Assembly (NCBI GenBank): GCA_037379345.1
Contig: CM074520.1
Location: 19,137,488 to 19,201,487, forward strand
DNA length: 64,000 bases
Source of the DNA: Perna viridis
Taxonomy: Eukaryota
Direction: 5' to 3'
Numbering within the stretch: the first letter of the stretch is position 1; the number at the start of each line of letters is the position of its first letter. A program made the translations under genes and the position numbers. Shown piece after piece: positions 1 through 11,026 of this stretch. The notes below the pieces were generated by a model. The model was not told where the DNA came from. It ran no database searches and saw only the letters and a list, made by a program, of their open reading frames with translations.

Positions 1-377
1 TCTGTCAATTAGTAATGTTTAAAGTAAATGACAAATCTTGAGAAAGATTAAGTGAAAATTCATGTAAAATGTTTTCTTAACTGTTTCAAGTTTATTATGC
101 TGATGTTGATATTTGAAGTTTTCTTTGTATATTAACAAAATCAAACCCAATTCAAAGACAAAACTCTCCCTTTGTATGTTCAATTATAGGCATAAATTGA
201 AATAAAAGTATCATTCTTTTGTTTTCCTCATGTTTTACCATTTACCACCATACCCCACCCTTTGGTGATCTTCTTTTCATTCAATCCTCAAAAAGGCGAT
301 TTCATTATTGGAAACCTTGCCATTAGTTATGGCATCACAACTTAAATTTATTCCATTGTTGTTAGAACTGTCAAATT

Positions 378-482
378 CGCGATGCAAATTTTTTGTCGTT
401 CCATCTGCGAGACTCGAACTCGTACCGCTGTAAAATCTATGGCAACACCGCCTCCACTAAGTCCAGCGCCCTAGACCAGCTA
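378..482 (-). mobile_element. tRNA-derived SINE head (fragment)
   Basis: Minus strand reads TAGCTGGTCTAGGGCGCTGG (A-box-like) ... GGTACGAGTTCGAGTCTCGC (B-box GTTCGA). A second partial copy lies on + at 487-548. Confidence 0.6.
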
Positions 483-486
483 GGGG

Positions 487-548
487 CCATAGATGTCACT
501 GCGGTACGAGTTCGAGTCCCGCAGAGGGAACGACCAAAACAGCATCGC
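487..548 (+). mobile_element. Second, inverted partial copy of the same SINE head
   Basis: GCGGTACGAGTTCGAGTCCCGCAGAGGGAACGACCAAAA is the near-exact reverse complement of 391-428. Confidence 0.6.
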
Positions 549-1377
549 AATATATATATATGCAAATTATCCTCCCATCCATTATACAGTTACTACTGTC
601 GTCCTAACATTGTGAGCATTTCTTCAGCCATTACCATTAAACGGTAAACATGTCTGACATGCTACTGCTTCTACATCCTTTTGAATTCATCATCACTCAT
701 TAGGATCTTAAGATAGTTATCCTTTTTTCTTGGAATTTAAGATGTTTGGTAATTCATTTTACCCGGTAAATGTCAAATTTGATCGACATAAAGTGGTCGG
801 TAATGAAATAACTGTTTCAGCGAGAATGGCAAGGATTAATTAATGTCAATAAAATGCATTGAGAAAAATCGAAATGGTGAAAAAAAACTGCAACTATGTT
901 CAAGATTTATGTCATTGTCGTAACGTTTAATTTCAACTAAAAGTTTATCTAATAAGACAACCGCACGTAAACTTATTTATAAAATGTACTAGAGTTTCAT
1001 TTAAAACGTTCCATTAATTGCTTTTAGGGGTAGTTTAACTTGAAGTTATTTACTCACGAGGCATATACGAGAAAACAAATGAAGCAACTCGGACCAACCA
1101 CGACAACCACTTGGACATTAAGTGCGTAAAAACAAATTACCTAAACAAAATAATGCAAATTTTAAAAATCTGCGTAAATGTCCTTTTTATCAATAGTAGT
1201 GTAGTAACGTCATATGAATTCATTGATCTAAAAGACTTTCATGCAATAAAAAACCACAGACAGTAACTGTTCATTCCTTGTCCATAAACATTCAACGCTA
1301 TACACCAATTAGTTACTTCAAAAGCATAATAAGTATTTTTTTTATTATTAAGCATCAATTTATTTAATTATTTTCAG

Positions 1378-1997
1378 GTGTTTCAAACGGTGTACTTTCT
1401 GGCTCATTTACACACCATGATGAAACAAACTCTGCAAAGTACGCCAACTATGGGACGCAAAATTCTTCTCCTGATAATGGGTACGTAAGCGCAGATTCAG
1501 TACCAGCACGTCGTAATCGAGATTTCAGAAGAGGAATAAGGCGCTCGAATCCGGAACGAAACAGAGCAGCAAAGTTGAAAGTAATACGAATGCTAGTTGT
1601 TGTTTGTCTAGAATTTTTCATCTGCTGGACTCCGTTGTATGTATTTTTAACTTGGAAAACGTTTCACGTGGAAAGTTTGCGAACTCATTTTACACCTGTA
1701 AAGTTCACTCTGATATTTGTTTTGTCCTATGTGTCAACCATGTGCAACCCAATAACTTACTGTTTTATGAATCAAAAGTTTAGACAGTCTTTTATGATGC
1801 TTTTAGGATGCTGTCGTCCTAGACTTACTCGGAGATTCTCAAGCCACAGTACTTCTATGAAACTGAATGGGACTAAACTTAGTATCGTAAGGTCAAAGAA
1901 CACATGTAGACTGTCACCGAATGATAGAAACGTTTCTCCTGATGATCAATCTTTACTTGTGGTAATTGGCAATTCGAGTGATGGCGCTGCGGTATAA
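1378..1997 (+). CDS. Terminal exon of a cholecystokinin/sulfakinin receptor-like class A GPCR (end of ICL3, TM6, TM7, C-tail)
   Basis: Acceptor ttttcag|GT at 1377/1378 (phase 1); frame open to TAA at 1997. Motifs RRSNPERNRAAKLKVIRMLVVVCLEFFICWTP (CWxP, with the EFFICWTP seen in sulfakinin receptors), NPITYCFMNQKFR (NPxxY plus helix 8) and a CC palmitoylation site. Upstream exons are not evident in the window. Confidence 0.9.
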
Positions 1998-2779
1998 ATA
2001 CTACTGTTCGTTTTATCTAATTTTGCCATGAAATGTAATTATAGTATGTTATGACATTTTGGTGTAATAAAAGAAAAGCGAAAACTCATGAAATAGTCGT
2101 TTACTTAAATTGATAAAGCCAAATATACATTAACTACATACTACTAGAATTGCCAAAGTATCGAATTCAAAAATTGTTTTTGAAACGAGATTCGGAATCA
2201 GTACATTTTGATGTCAACTAAATCCTTATAAATGAACTACAACGCCTACGACTACCTTTTGAAATAAGACTGTATACTTTATTTTGAAAGGCAAGGATAA
2301 CAAGATGCATAACCGGAATTGTTCTTTTTATATGTCGTCTTGCTCTGTTTTCAAATTTTGTTTTTGTTCTTGTCCGTGTTTTTGCTCTGTTGTATTTTCA
2401 ATTTCTTCTTATATAGTGTTCTACATTTTAATGATTTAGGACCACAAGAAGAACACAAATGTCAATCCCTTCTTATTGATACATACAATAAAAAACCTAA
2501 ACACAAACTTACAACATCAGTGAACATATAACTGTAGAACTATTGTTTTTCACATTCGATTAAATCTTCTGTATCTTAACAAATATTTACTGTATCTGTA
2601 TATAATAAGTTTATTACGTGCATATCCGTAGATATACAAGGGCAAAAAATACTAACGTTAAAGAAACGACTTCAATATTTTACCAGTTTGATAGAATAGA
2701 GTCGTTTATTCAAGTAAAGAGTACTACCTTTGACAGAACCCTACATGTTACACAAATACATGGTTTAATGAGTTATGAT

Positions 2780-2925
2780 AGAGTAATCAAGGGAACCAAG
2801 CTTCTAGCGGTAAATCAAAAGAATGTAATCCAGGGAAAAAGACCAGACATGGAAAACAGACATACATCACAAAGAACATAAAATGGCCAAAATAATGCAT
2901 ACAAAATAACAAACGTAAATGAGCA
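2780..2925 (-). mobile_element. Naiad-like PLE 3' tail fragment
   Basis: AGAGTAATCAAGGGAACCAAG...GTAATCCAGGG...GACCAGACATGGAAAACAGAC is the reverse complement of about 30090-30237. Confidence 0.8.
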
Positions 2926-2975
2926 TTGATAGTGCTATATAATTAGTGGCGTTCTATAAAGTAATATTTTATACA

Positions 2976-3168
2976 CCTGGGAACATATATGGCCTACCAA
3001 CAACCGGGTTAATGGGATTATGTAAACGTGTTGCTAGGCAATTAAACTTAAGACTGCAGAGACACAATGCTTTCCTCCGTACCATAATAAACGTCTAGGA
3101 TTTTTAGTAGCTAGGAACACGTCTTAACAGATCCCATATGTTCGGGTGTTGTTGGATCATATACCAGG
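2976..3168. mobile_element. Small fold-back element / MITE with ~60 bp imperfect inverted arms
   Basis: Left arm CCTGG..TATATGGCCTACCAACAACCG..ATGGGATTATGTAAACGTGTTGCTAG matches the reverse complement of the right arm, CCTGGTATATGATCCAACAACACCCG..ATGGGATCTGTTAAGACGTGTTCCTAG. Confidence 0.55.
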
Positions 3169-5589
3169 GATTTACTATGTTGATTTATGGGTAGGAGAAA
3201 AACACCTGAACTAATTCCTAGCAACATATCAATATGAGAAATTGAGAAATATACATAACTTTACTTGAATATGTTGTTTCAATTGATGTGATTGATTTTT
3301 ATATTTCATTTTGTCAGCGAACTGTATATTTAACCCCATTGTTAACAAATTAACTTATTTATTTTCATGAAGTTTATGGTAAAGGAATAACCCATACAAA
3401 TCATTAGAACGTTTGTATTCATCATTTGACATCAATCTCATGTACATTTGTAACCATCAAAGTAACTTGGTATGATTTCATGATGTTTCAAATAAAAGCT
3501 TAAATGTGATAAAAACAGAAAGAGCACATCGATAGAAAATAGCGAAAAAAATAATTTTCTAAAAATCCATAGAAACGACTATTTAAGCTTGGAATTTTTG
3601 TGACCATCCGGTTGTCTTACATTCGTCAAATAATGCCAAAGAGAACTCTACTTTTAATTCGTCGCATCATTTTCCTTTTAAAACATGCATCATCGGGAAT
3701 CACACGTTCATATCTGTTAATGTTTTATACGTTCAAAGCCCCCTCCTCAGGGAGTAAGTAACTTGTAAAACGCCCTTCTTTTTGAGAATGTCGACTAAGC
3801 TATGTTCTCAAAACTATACAATTAACAAAGCAACAAATGTGTAAGAAGATTTAAAACCCAATAAAAAAAAATGCAATACATTTGAATGAGAAACAACAGG
3901 TCGCAGTATTAGTCCAATGATAATATCATCGGATGTATTATAAGGAAACTACATTTCAAGCCATTATTTTGTAGTATTCAGACGTAACGTAAGAAATGTG
4001 TGAAAATAACCTGCTTCTCACATCAAATTCTCAGGAAACCTTCATTTACATATGAAAGTTTTCTTCATCCATGCCTATATGATAAGGTATAGAGCAATTA
4101 TACGAAGCGTCCCCTAAAAAGTAACGTATATTTCCAAATCCAGCTTTTAAACCATATTTTTTTTTGTTTTTTTTGTCTTTTGTTTTTTGTTTTATTTTTT
4201 GTTTTATTTTTTGTTTTTCATTATTTTATGTTGCTCAATTCAATTTTATCATCCTCGATATGTTTAACTGATTGCTTTTGTTCGTGCGTAGATAGTTAGT
4301 GACTTCAATAGACTATTATTTATTGTCGTATCATGGCAAAAAAACCATTGATATAAAAATGTATTTTGATTGAAATCGTATTATTACTGTGACTTTGCTC
4401 GAAGGACTACTATTGGTAAACATTCGTCTTTGTCAATGCAATATTGTAAATAACTTTTATATTATTAAATTTTTCTTCTAAAGGATTGCATGAAATTTAT
4501 TAAACACAAGAAAACAAGCAGCATCGCTCAACCGACAATGATAAATGTCAGTATGGCAATATACGGCAATAAACACACTTTATTGATGTTATAAAATCAT
4601 GATAAAAGGGATCATTTACCAGATTGAGCGCTATAATGTGTTATTGTAATACTATTTTTATAAGAAACGCAGGCTAACGTGACATAACACCGATTAATTA
4701 ATATCTGTGGTTCTGGCTATTGGCACAATATCGAATATATTTAAACAGGATTGTTGACAGTTAAAGATGTTTTAACGCAAATGTTTCTGCTTTATCATCC
4801 CAACTAAGACAATAGTATTAATTTTGGGTAGCACTTGAATTCGAAAAACAATTTAACAAAGTGCATCTCTAAAATAACCAGTCATGAGACGTTCTTCAAA
4901 AGGGAGGACACTTAAATTAAAATATATGATAGATAAGCAATCGTTGTTTTTCTCTTTATTTTCTTTAGAGTGGTTGTCTCCATTTCTGATGTTTCTGATT
5001 GATGGGTCCAGATACAAAAGGGTATATAAAAGGTGCACATTAAAGGTACATTATGCAAGTAATAACATCTATTCAAGAAAAATTGACAGAAAAGGACAGG
5101 GAGCTTATAAATCCATCAAAACGAGCAGGACGCCTGCTTTTCAATACTTGGTAAGTAGCGAGCACTACCAATCAGGGGCATCGTTATATAATTTAAATGT
5201 TTCAATGGTGTGAATAACTCAGAAATGATTTAATATTGAATATATTATTTTTGAATATACAACTTAAATGCCAATAACTCTGATATAATTATTGAATATC
5301 TTTTTTTTTCAAACAGACAACTTAAATGTCGAAAATAAAACTTCAAAACATAAACAATTTATAACTCACTTATATAATAATATTGCTTAGACTTAATTTT
5401 GAAAATGTATGCATGTTTATTTTTGGCATAACCATAAATATATATGTCTAAATAAATGTTATTAAATACGTTCTGTATAATTCTATAGTGATTAGCGTAT
5501 ACATGTCCTTACCAATGTATTTCTGTTTCAAATTGACCCGATCATACTCTGGTTTACGTCAATTTAGTTTAAGCAATATTTTATTCCGT

Positions 5590-8068
5590 CGCGGGCGTAG
5601 CTACCATTAAGCAATGTAGGAATGTGCCAACACAATTTTTTTTATGTGGAAACAAAAGCTAAAATGTGAAAACAATCCGGGTCCTTTGTACAAGGGACCT
5701 TAAATTGCAATAAAGTACTCTCCCTGCATATACTGTTTAATGAAGTATTCTGTCATGTTTCTTGGACGACATCACGTGATATTTATAGTAATTTGGTTTA
5801 CCTCTCAAGTTAAAAGGCATTGTATGTGACTATGATGGTGTATAGTCATGGCTGAATCCAAGCGAAAAGTGAGGACACTGGATGAGATATTCAAAAGAAT
5901 GAGAGAGATTTCTAAAGCGGACAACCTCAGAGTGCAGCTTCTCACCCTGAAAAAGACATTGCAGTTACTAATAGTAACAAAAAATCCACCAGAAATTAAC
6001 GCTCCTGAATTATCCTCTTCACAGAATATCGACCACGAACATCTTTATCCTTATACGGCTAAATTGTCAGACTTTAATGACGCAGTAAGAAGAAAACTTT
6101 TGAGTGTTTAGTGAGACGATTGTTATCTTTCCAAGTAACCCAGCAGGTAGATTATTTTTGCCATGAAATAACATTTCAACCATGTCAAGAGTGGAAGTTT
6201 CAGGATTAATTCCAGAGGAATGCCAGAAAAAAGGGGATTCATGGCCAATATTTGCTCGTTTTGTCCAGGATCTCTTCCCCCTTTGATCCGCCACTGATCC
6301 CACACGGTGTGATATTGGGGCATATTTTTAGTTTGCAGGGTCGACAGGACATATTGTACATGTATGTCAAAACAAGCGCATCTTACCATCTCACAGATAT
6401 TCCCAATACATATACGAAAATCAAGTAAGGAAAAGAGGTGAGAAGTGAAGACTCACTTGAAGTGTTAAAAGCACAGCTGACAATCTGGTCCCCTACCCAA
6501 TGAGCACTCCAGCATATACTGAGGGATTCGTGAACTAGACAACTGATGTTTCCTGATAACCAACGATGAAATAGTGCTATACAGTAGTCATAGGGACCAA
6601 CCATTAATTTTTTAGGGGCATTTCTTCAACAGTTATGATTCCATTTTTGATATAAAAAATATCGTGAACAATCAGATAACGAACTGATATTCTCTGAACC
6701 CAGATTTAAATGATTAAATTTAATACACACACACAAACAAACAAATAAACAAAAAAACACTGAACATTCGTCTGATTGGTTTTAAAAAATTTCAATTCTC
6801 TAATAACCAGATCCTTTTGGCAAGATGTTAAATGGACAGGTCTTAGGACAATTATTGCCGGATTTCTCGGCGGACGGAGGGTCATGATATCTTGTGTGAT
6901 GAATTGTCTTGTACAATTTTTGGCGGAGTTGTTATTGATATTGTTAAATTTTCATAGGTTTATATTTCTTTAAATAACAAAAATAAACACACACAACACA
7001 GTTGTGTTATAGGCAATCAAGTATTATGTAGCCTTCACATCAGATAATACGTTCAACTCGTTTACGTGGTAAAGGAATATTATTGTCTTGTACTGACATG
7101 TTTGATGTTAAAGAAAAAAGGCGTTTTTATTTGAAAAAAAAACGTATGCATTCCGTTACACGCTGATGTTTAAAATATGACAATAACTGAGACTTAAATA
7201 GAACAGCACATGTGTTCATCCGTGCCAAGGTGCTCGCATACAAAGGTCTTTGGTCCGATCTCATGCCTACGCTTGTCAAGAAATGTTCCTGCTACATGTA
7301 CTCTTAATTCCGCCTACCACTAAAAAAGGACTATATGTACCTTTGTAGGACTTTTTGGTCAAAGAATAGAAAACTGCAATTTTCCTGGCAAAGAGAACAC
7401 TCATGGATGCATTATTTTATGATTACTGATGCAATTTATTGTACTTTTTGTGTGCTTTTCTCACCAAAGACAGTGGAGAAAAGGTATTTTCTACTAATGC
7501 AATATCCGATTGTCTGGCAAACTATTTTCTGACTTAGTGCGTTGGAATATGGAGGAACGGAATTAAAACGACAAGAAAGCTGATCCCAGCTTCAAGACTG
7601 CGTTATAATCGGAAACGAGTTTGTAAGAATCGTAGACAATGCAATAACTGAAAACTCTAAATGCAACTATCAAAGATCTTTCCCTTCATGTGCGTGCAAT
7701 GTTTGCCGTGTTGTTGACAATACTTGCATCCTCCGCTGATAGCGAACATACATGTAACGTAATGCGCCAGGTCAATAATTATTTACGAGCTACAATGGGA
7801 GACGAGAGACTTTCAAAACTTGCAATTATGCATATTCAATCACATAATCGTCTGCTTATTAGACCGTATTCACACTTTGCCACCAGAAAAAAACGGACGT
7901 CTTGACTTTATTTAACCTTTTTAAACCATTCATTACATTGCGAATGATTCTTTTCACAATTAATATCGGATGCTAGACATGAATATATTCCCAGCGAGGC
8001 GATATTTCACTTCATAAAAGCCGAAAATCGTTTTCCTACAACATGTTTGATGCCTAGCTACGCCCCTG
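5590..8068 (+). mobile_element. Internally deleted, degenerate hAT DNA transposon
   Basis: TIRs CGCGGGCGTAGCTAC (5590) and CTAGCTACGCCCCTG (8054-8068). hAT C-terminal dimerisation remnant LLTILASSADSE..MRQVNNYLRATMGDERLSKLAIMHI at 7690-7905. Possible N-terminal remnant from ATG 5848. No 8-bp TSD match. Confidence 0.8.
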
Positions 8069-10170
8069 TCAGTATAAGGCTGAATACGATTGGGCAGCAG
8101 GCATTGCCTACATGACCCCTCTCCAAAGACCGGAGGTCAATATTTACATTCGATAAACAATACAATATAAACGGTTATGTACATTTTATCCTGCAAAGAG
8201 GTAATTTGTTAAACGAATAGAGGTATACGGTTATTTTTTTTTTGCTGTATCCGTACATTAGCAGGTTATCGACTTTCTGGCTTCTCCCACTCACGTGATC
8301 GGAACTACTTTTTTCTGGTATGCGTAAACTAATCATGGCCGCCACCATAGATACGATATAAACAAATTGCGATTGCATATCCGGTTAATCCTTTTTTTTT
8401 GCTGTTTTGTTTCGTTTTCACCCGAATGAAATAAAAGATTTTATGTAAACCAAATAATGATTTGGTTTGTATTTTTTTCATCGTCATATATATGGCAAAT
8501 CCCAAATCTCGTTCAGATTTGATTCATTATCAGTTTGCAGACGACTTCCCCTGTCATTTCAGTCATGTCGGACTCAGAGCCAGATTGTCCGTCACAATTT
8601 AACATAAACTGGTCCCCACTTCAAGAAATTGAAGCATTACAATATGATAAAACTCTTGAAGAGACAAATGACTAGCACACTATTATGGTCTTGTATTTAT
8701 TACTGCCTTAACCCCAAGAGAATGAATCAGAGGAACACTACATTATAGATCTGCCCATACAACTGCCTCCTCTTCTTCAAAAATCTTAAACAAATATTTC
8801 AAATCCCAAAGAAACTATTGCACAAATTTCACCCCTGTACCCTACTGCCATATACCAAACAGAAACAAGTCAGCTTCCACCGTCCTCGCGAAATTCAAAA
8901 CTTTAATGTTCTTAAAATCGACTTTACAACATTCAAAATATTTGTATTTATTGTTCATTTTACTTAATTGTCTCTTGGAATTAAATAAATTTTGATACAT
9001 TGCTTATTTTCTTCAAACAGCTTTGACGGATAAAATGGTGCGGATTGAATTTCAATGTTTACTGAGTCATGCGCCATGCGTATTAATTTTTTTTTCTTCA
9101 GGTTGAACGATCGGGGCTCCTCGGGGGATATGCATTTTAAAATTTTATTTTAAACACGTATACACGCACAAAACTATTAGTATAACAGGACAAAAACAAT
9201 ATAGGTACATTGTCGAAAATTATTGAAGATATGTGATGAGGCGACGGAACGGGTAGGAAATGCGAGGCTCCGCCTCAATGCATATAATTAGCATATCTAC
9301 CGTTGAAAAATATGCAAGACACATTTGTTGACATATTCTAGTTTTGTTATGTATTTATAGTCATATATATGTCAATTTGCCGATCTTCTCATTATTAACA
9401 ATTGCAGATGAGGAATGTTATACAAATTACTGATACATTAAAACATTTAAGCTAGTTTTAGGTATAAATGTTTGATATATACCGGTATTTCATGCCTTGT
9501 ATTTTGTACATGTATGGATTACGTAATAGGGTTTTATGGGGAACTTTAATATACTTGATTAAAACTTTGAAAATTTGCAAGATAAAAATATCATGCTTCC
9601 ATTAATTGTTAGCAAACATCACAGCAAAAATCTCTGTGCGCTAATAATTTTTCGAAATTCTATTTTCACAGTCTAGGGTAATTGTATCGGATATTTGTAA
9701 TATTGGTAAATCCTCAAGGCATTGGAAAACAAACGTACAGAGATCAGTCCTAGAATATCAATTCATTTGAGTTCAAATCCTTGTAAAAAAGGTCAATCAA
9801 CCTTCAATAGTTTATCAATTCTTTCTACAAGCGACGAATTTGCTTCAATTGAAATGGTCACTAGCAAATATTTATCCCCAATACCGTTGTGCTATAACCT
9901 ATTTGAGTTTTAACAATGGCAATACAATCATATTCAGACAGTAGTAAAAGAGTTATAGCAGACCCACGCATTAGTTCATTTCAGATACATATCAGGTACG
10001 TTAGAACTTCTTTCTTTGTGTATTCAACAAAACAATAAGTTTGGTATTGTCGGTGGTATACCGTAGACAAATTTCTCCCGCAAGCTTTATGTCAAACTTA
10101 AACATATAACAGAGACAGGAATGGTTCGTTGACAAAAAATTACAGTTTAATAATGAGTGTAGAAAAGTGT

Positions 10171-10175
<5 letters not shown>

Positions 10176-10202
<27 letters not shown>
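10176..10202. repeat. (TG)13 microsatellite
   Basis: Direct reading; flanks the PLE fragment. Confidence 0.95.
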
Positions 10203-10260
10203 CAAGTATGTTTGATTGTGTGTTTTCCGCTATATGGATGACGTACTATCGTTAAACAAT

Positions 10261-11018
10261 CCTAATGAGTTGTGATATGAAAACTCCGTACCAGACGCTG
10301 AAAAGATGTTGTCATAGATGAAAGGCTAGTTGAGAATTCTGAATGAAAAGTCACCACGTTTGTCGTAAAGTTTGATCAATAATTTTCCTTTACCATTGAT
10401 CTCCAACAACAGGTCAAGATATGATGTTGACTTCGCAGCGTCTGTTGTATCCTTTATCTCAAGTTCGTTGGGGTAGATGCGATGTATCACAACCCCAAAA
10501 CAAGGATTGTTAATGCTAATACGTCATCTATATAGCGGAAGCTGAGATTAAAAGATATAGGTAAACGGTGTTCTTTCTTTCGGATCAGATCAGCTATAAA
10601 GTCAATCTCATAAAAGTGACTGAATTAGGCAGCAAGTAGAGAAGCAAAATTTGTTCTCATTAGAATGTTGGAAAAGGCGTCTACCACACTTGTCAAATAT
10701 GTTGTCGATGAAAAATTCCAGCATTTTGCAAACAGTTCCTTTAGTATACTTGGAAGATGGTTTGGAATCATTTTTTACAATGAGGAATCTCTACCAAGAA
10801 CTATATATTTGTATCTAGTTGTGCCGTCTTTTTTTAGAGTAACAACGATATATAATGTTTTTTTTAGCCGAGATTGTAACTGAGTATGATGAATCGAAGA
10901 ACAAATTGTTGAAAAATCATAGGTTTTAATTCCGAAAATAATCTTGAATTGAGGATCTCCAGAAGATCTTTCGAATTTTTCAGGAGCCATTTTGAATTAT
11001 TACCACCTACGGAAGTAA
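10261..11018 (-). mobile_element. Naiad-like PLE reverse transcriptase fragment (frameshifted)
   Basis: Minus strand gives WLLKNSKDLLEILNSR, IKTYDFST, RYKYIVLGRDSS, FRYIDDV and LYDKRGDFSF, colinear with 29070-29810. Confidence 0.9.
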
Positions 11019-11026
11019 AAAAAAAA

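Noticed and set aside
378-482. Functional tRNA gene
   Set aside because: No full cloverleaf or acceptor stem; the duplicated partial copy fits a SINE.
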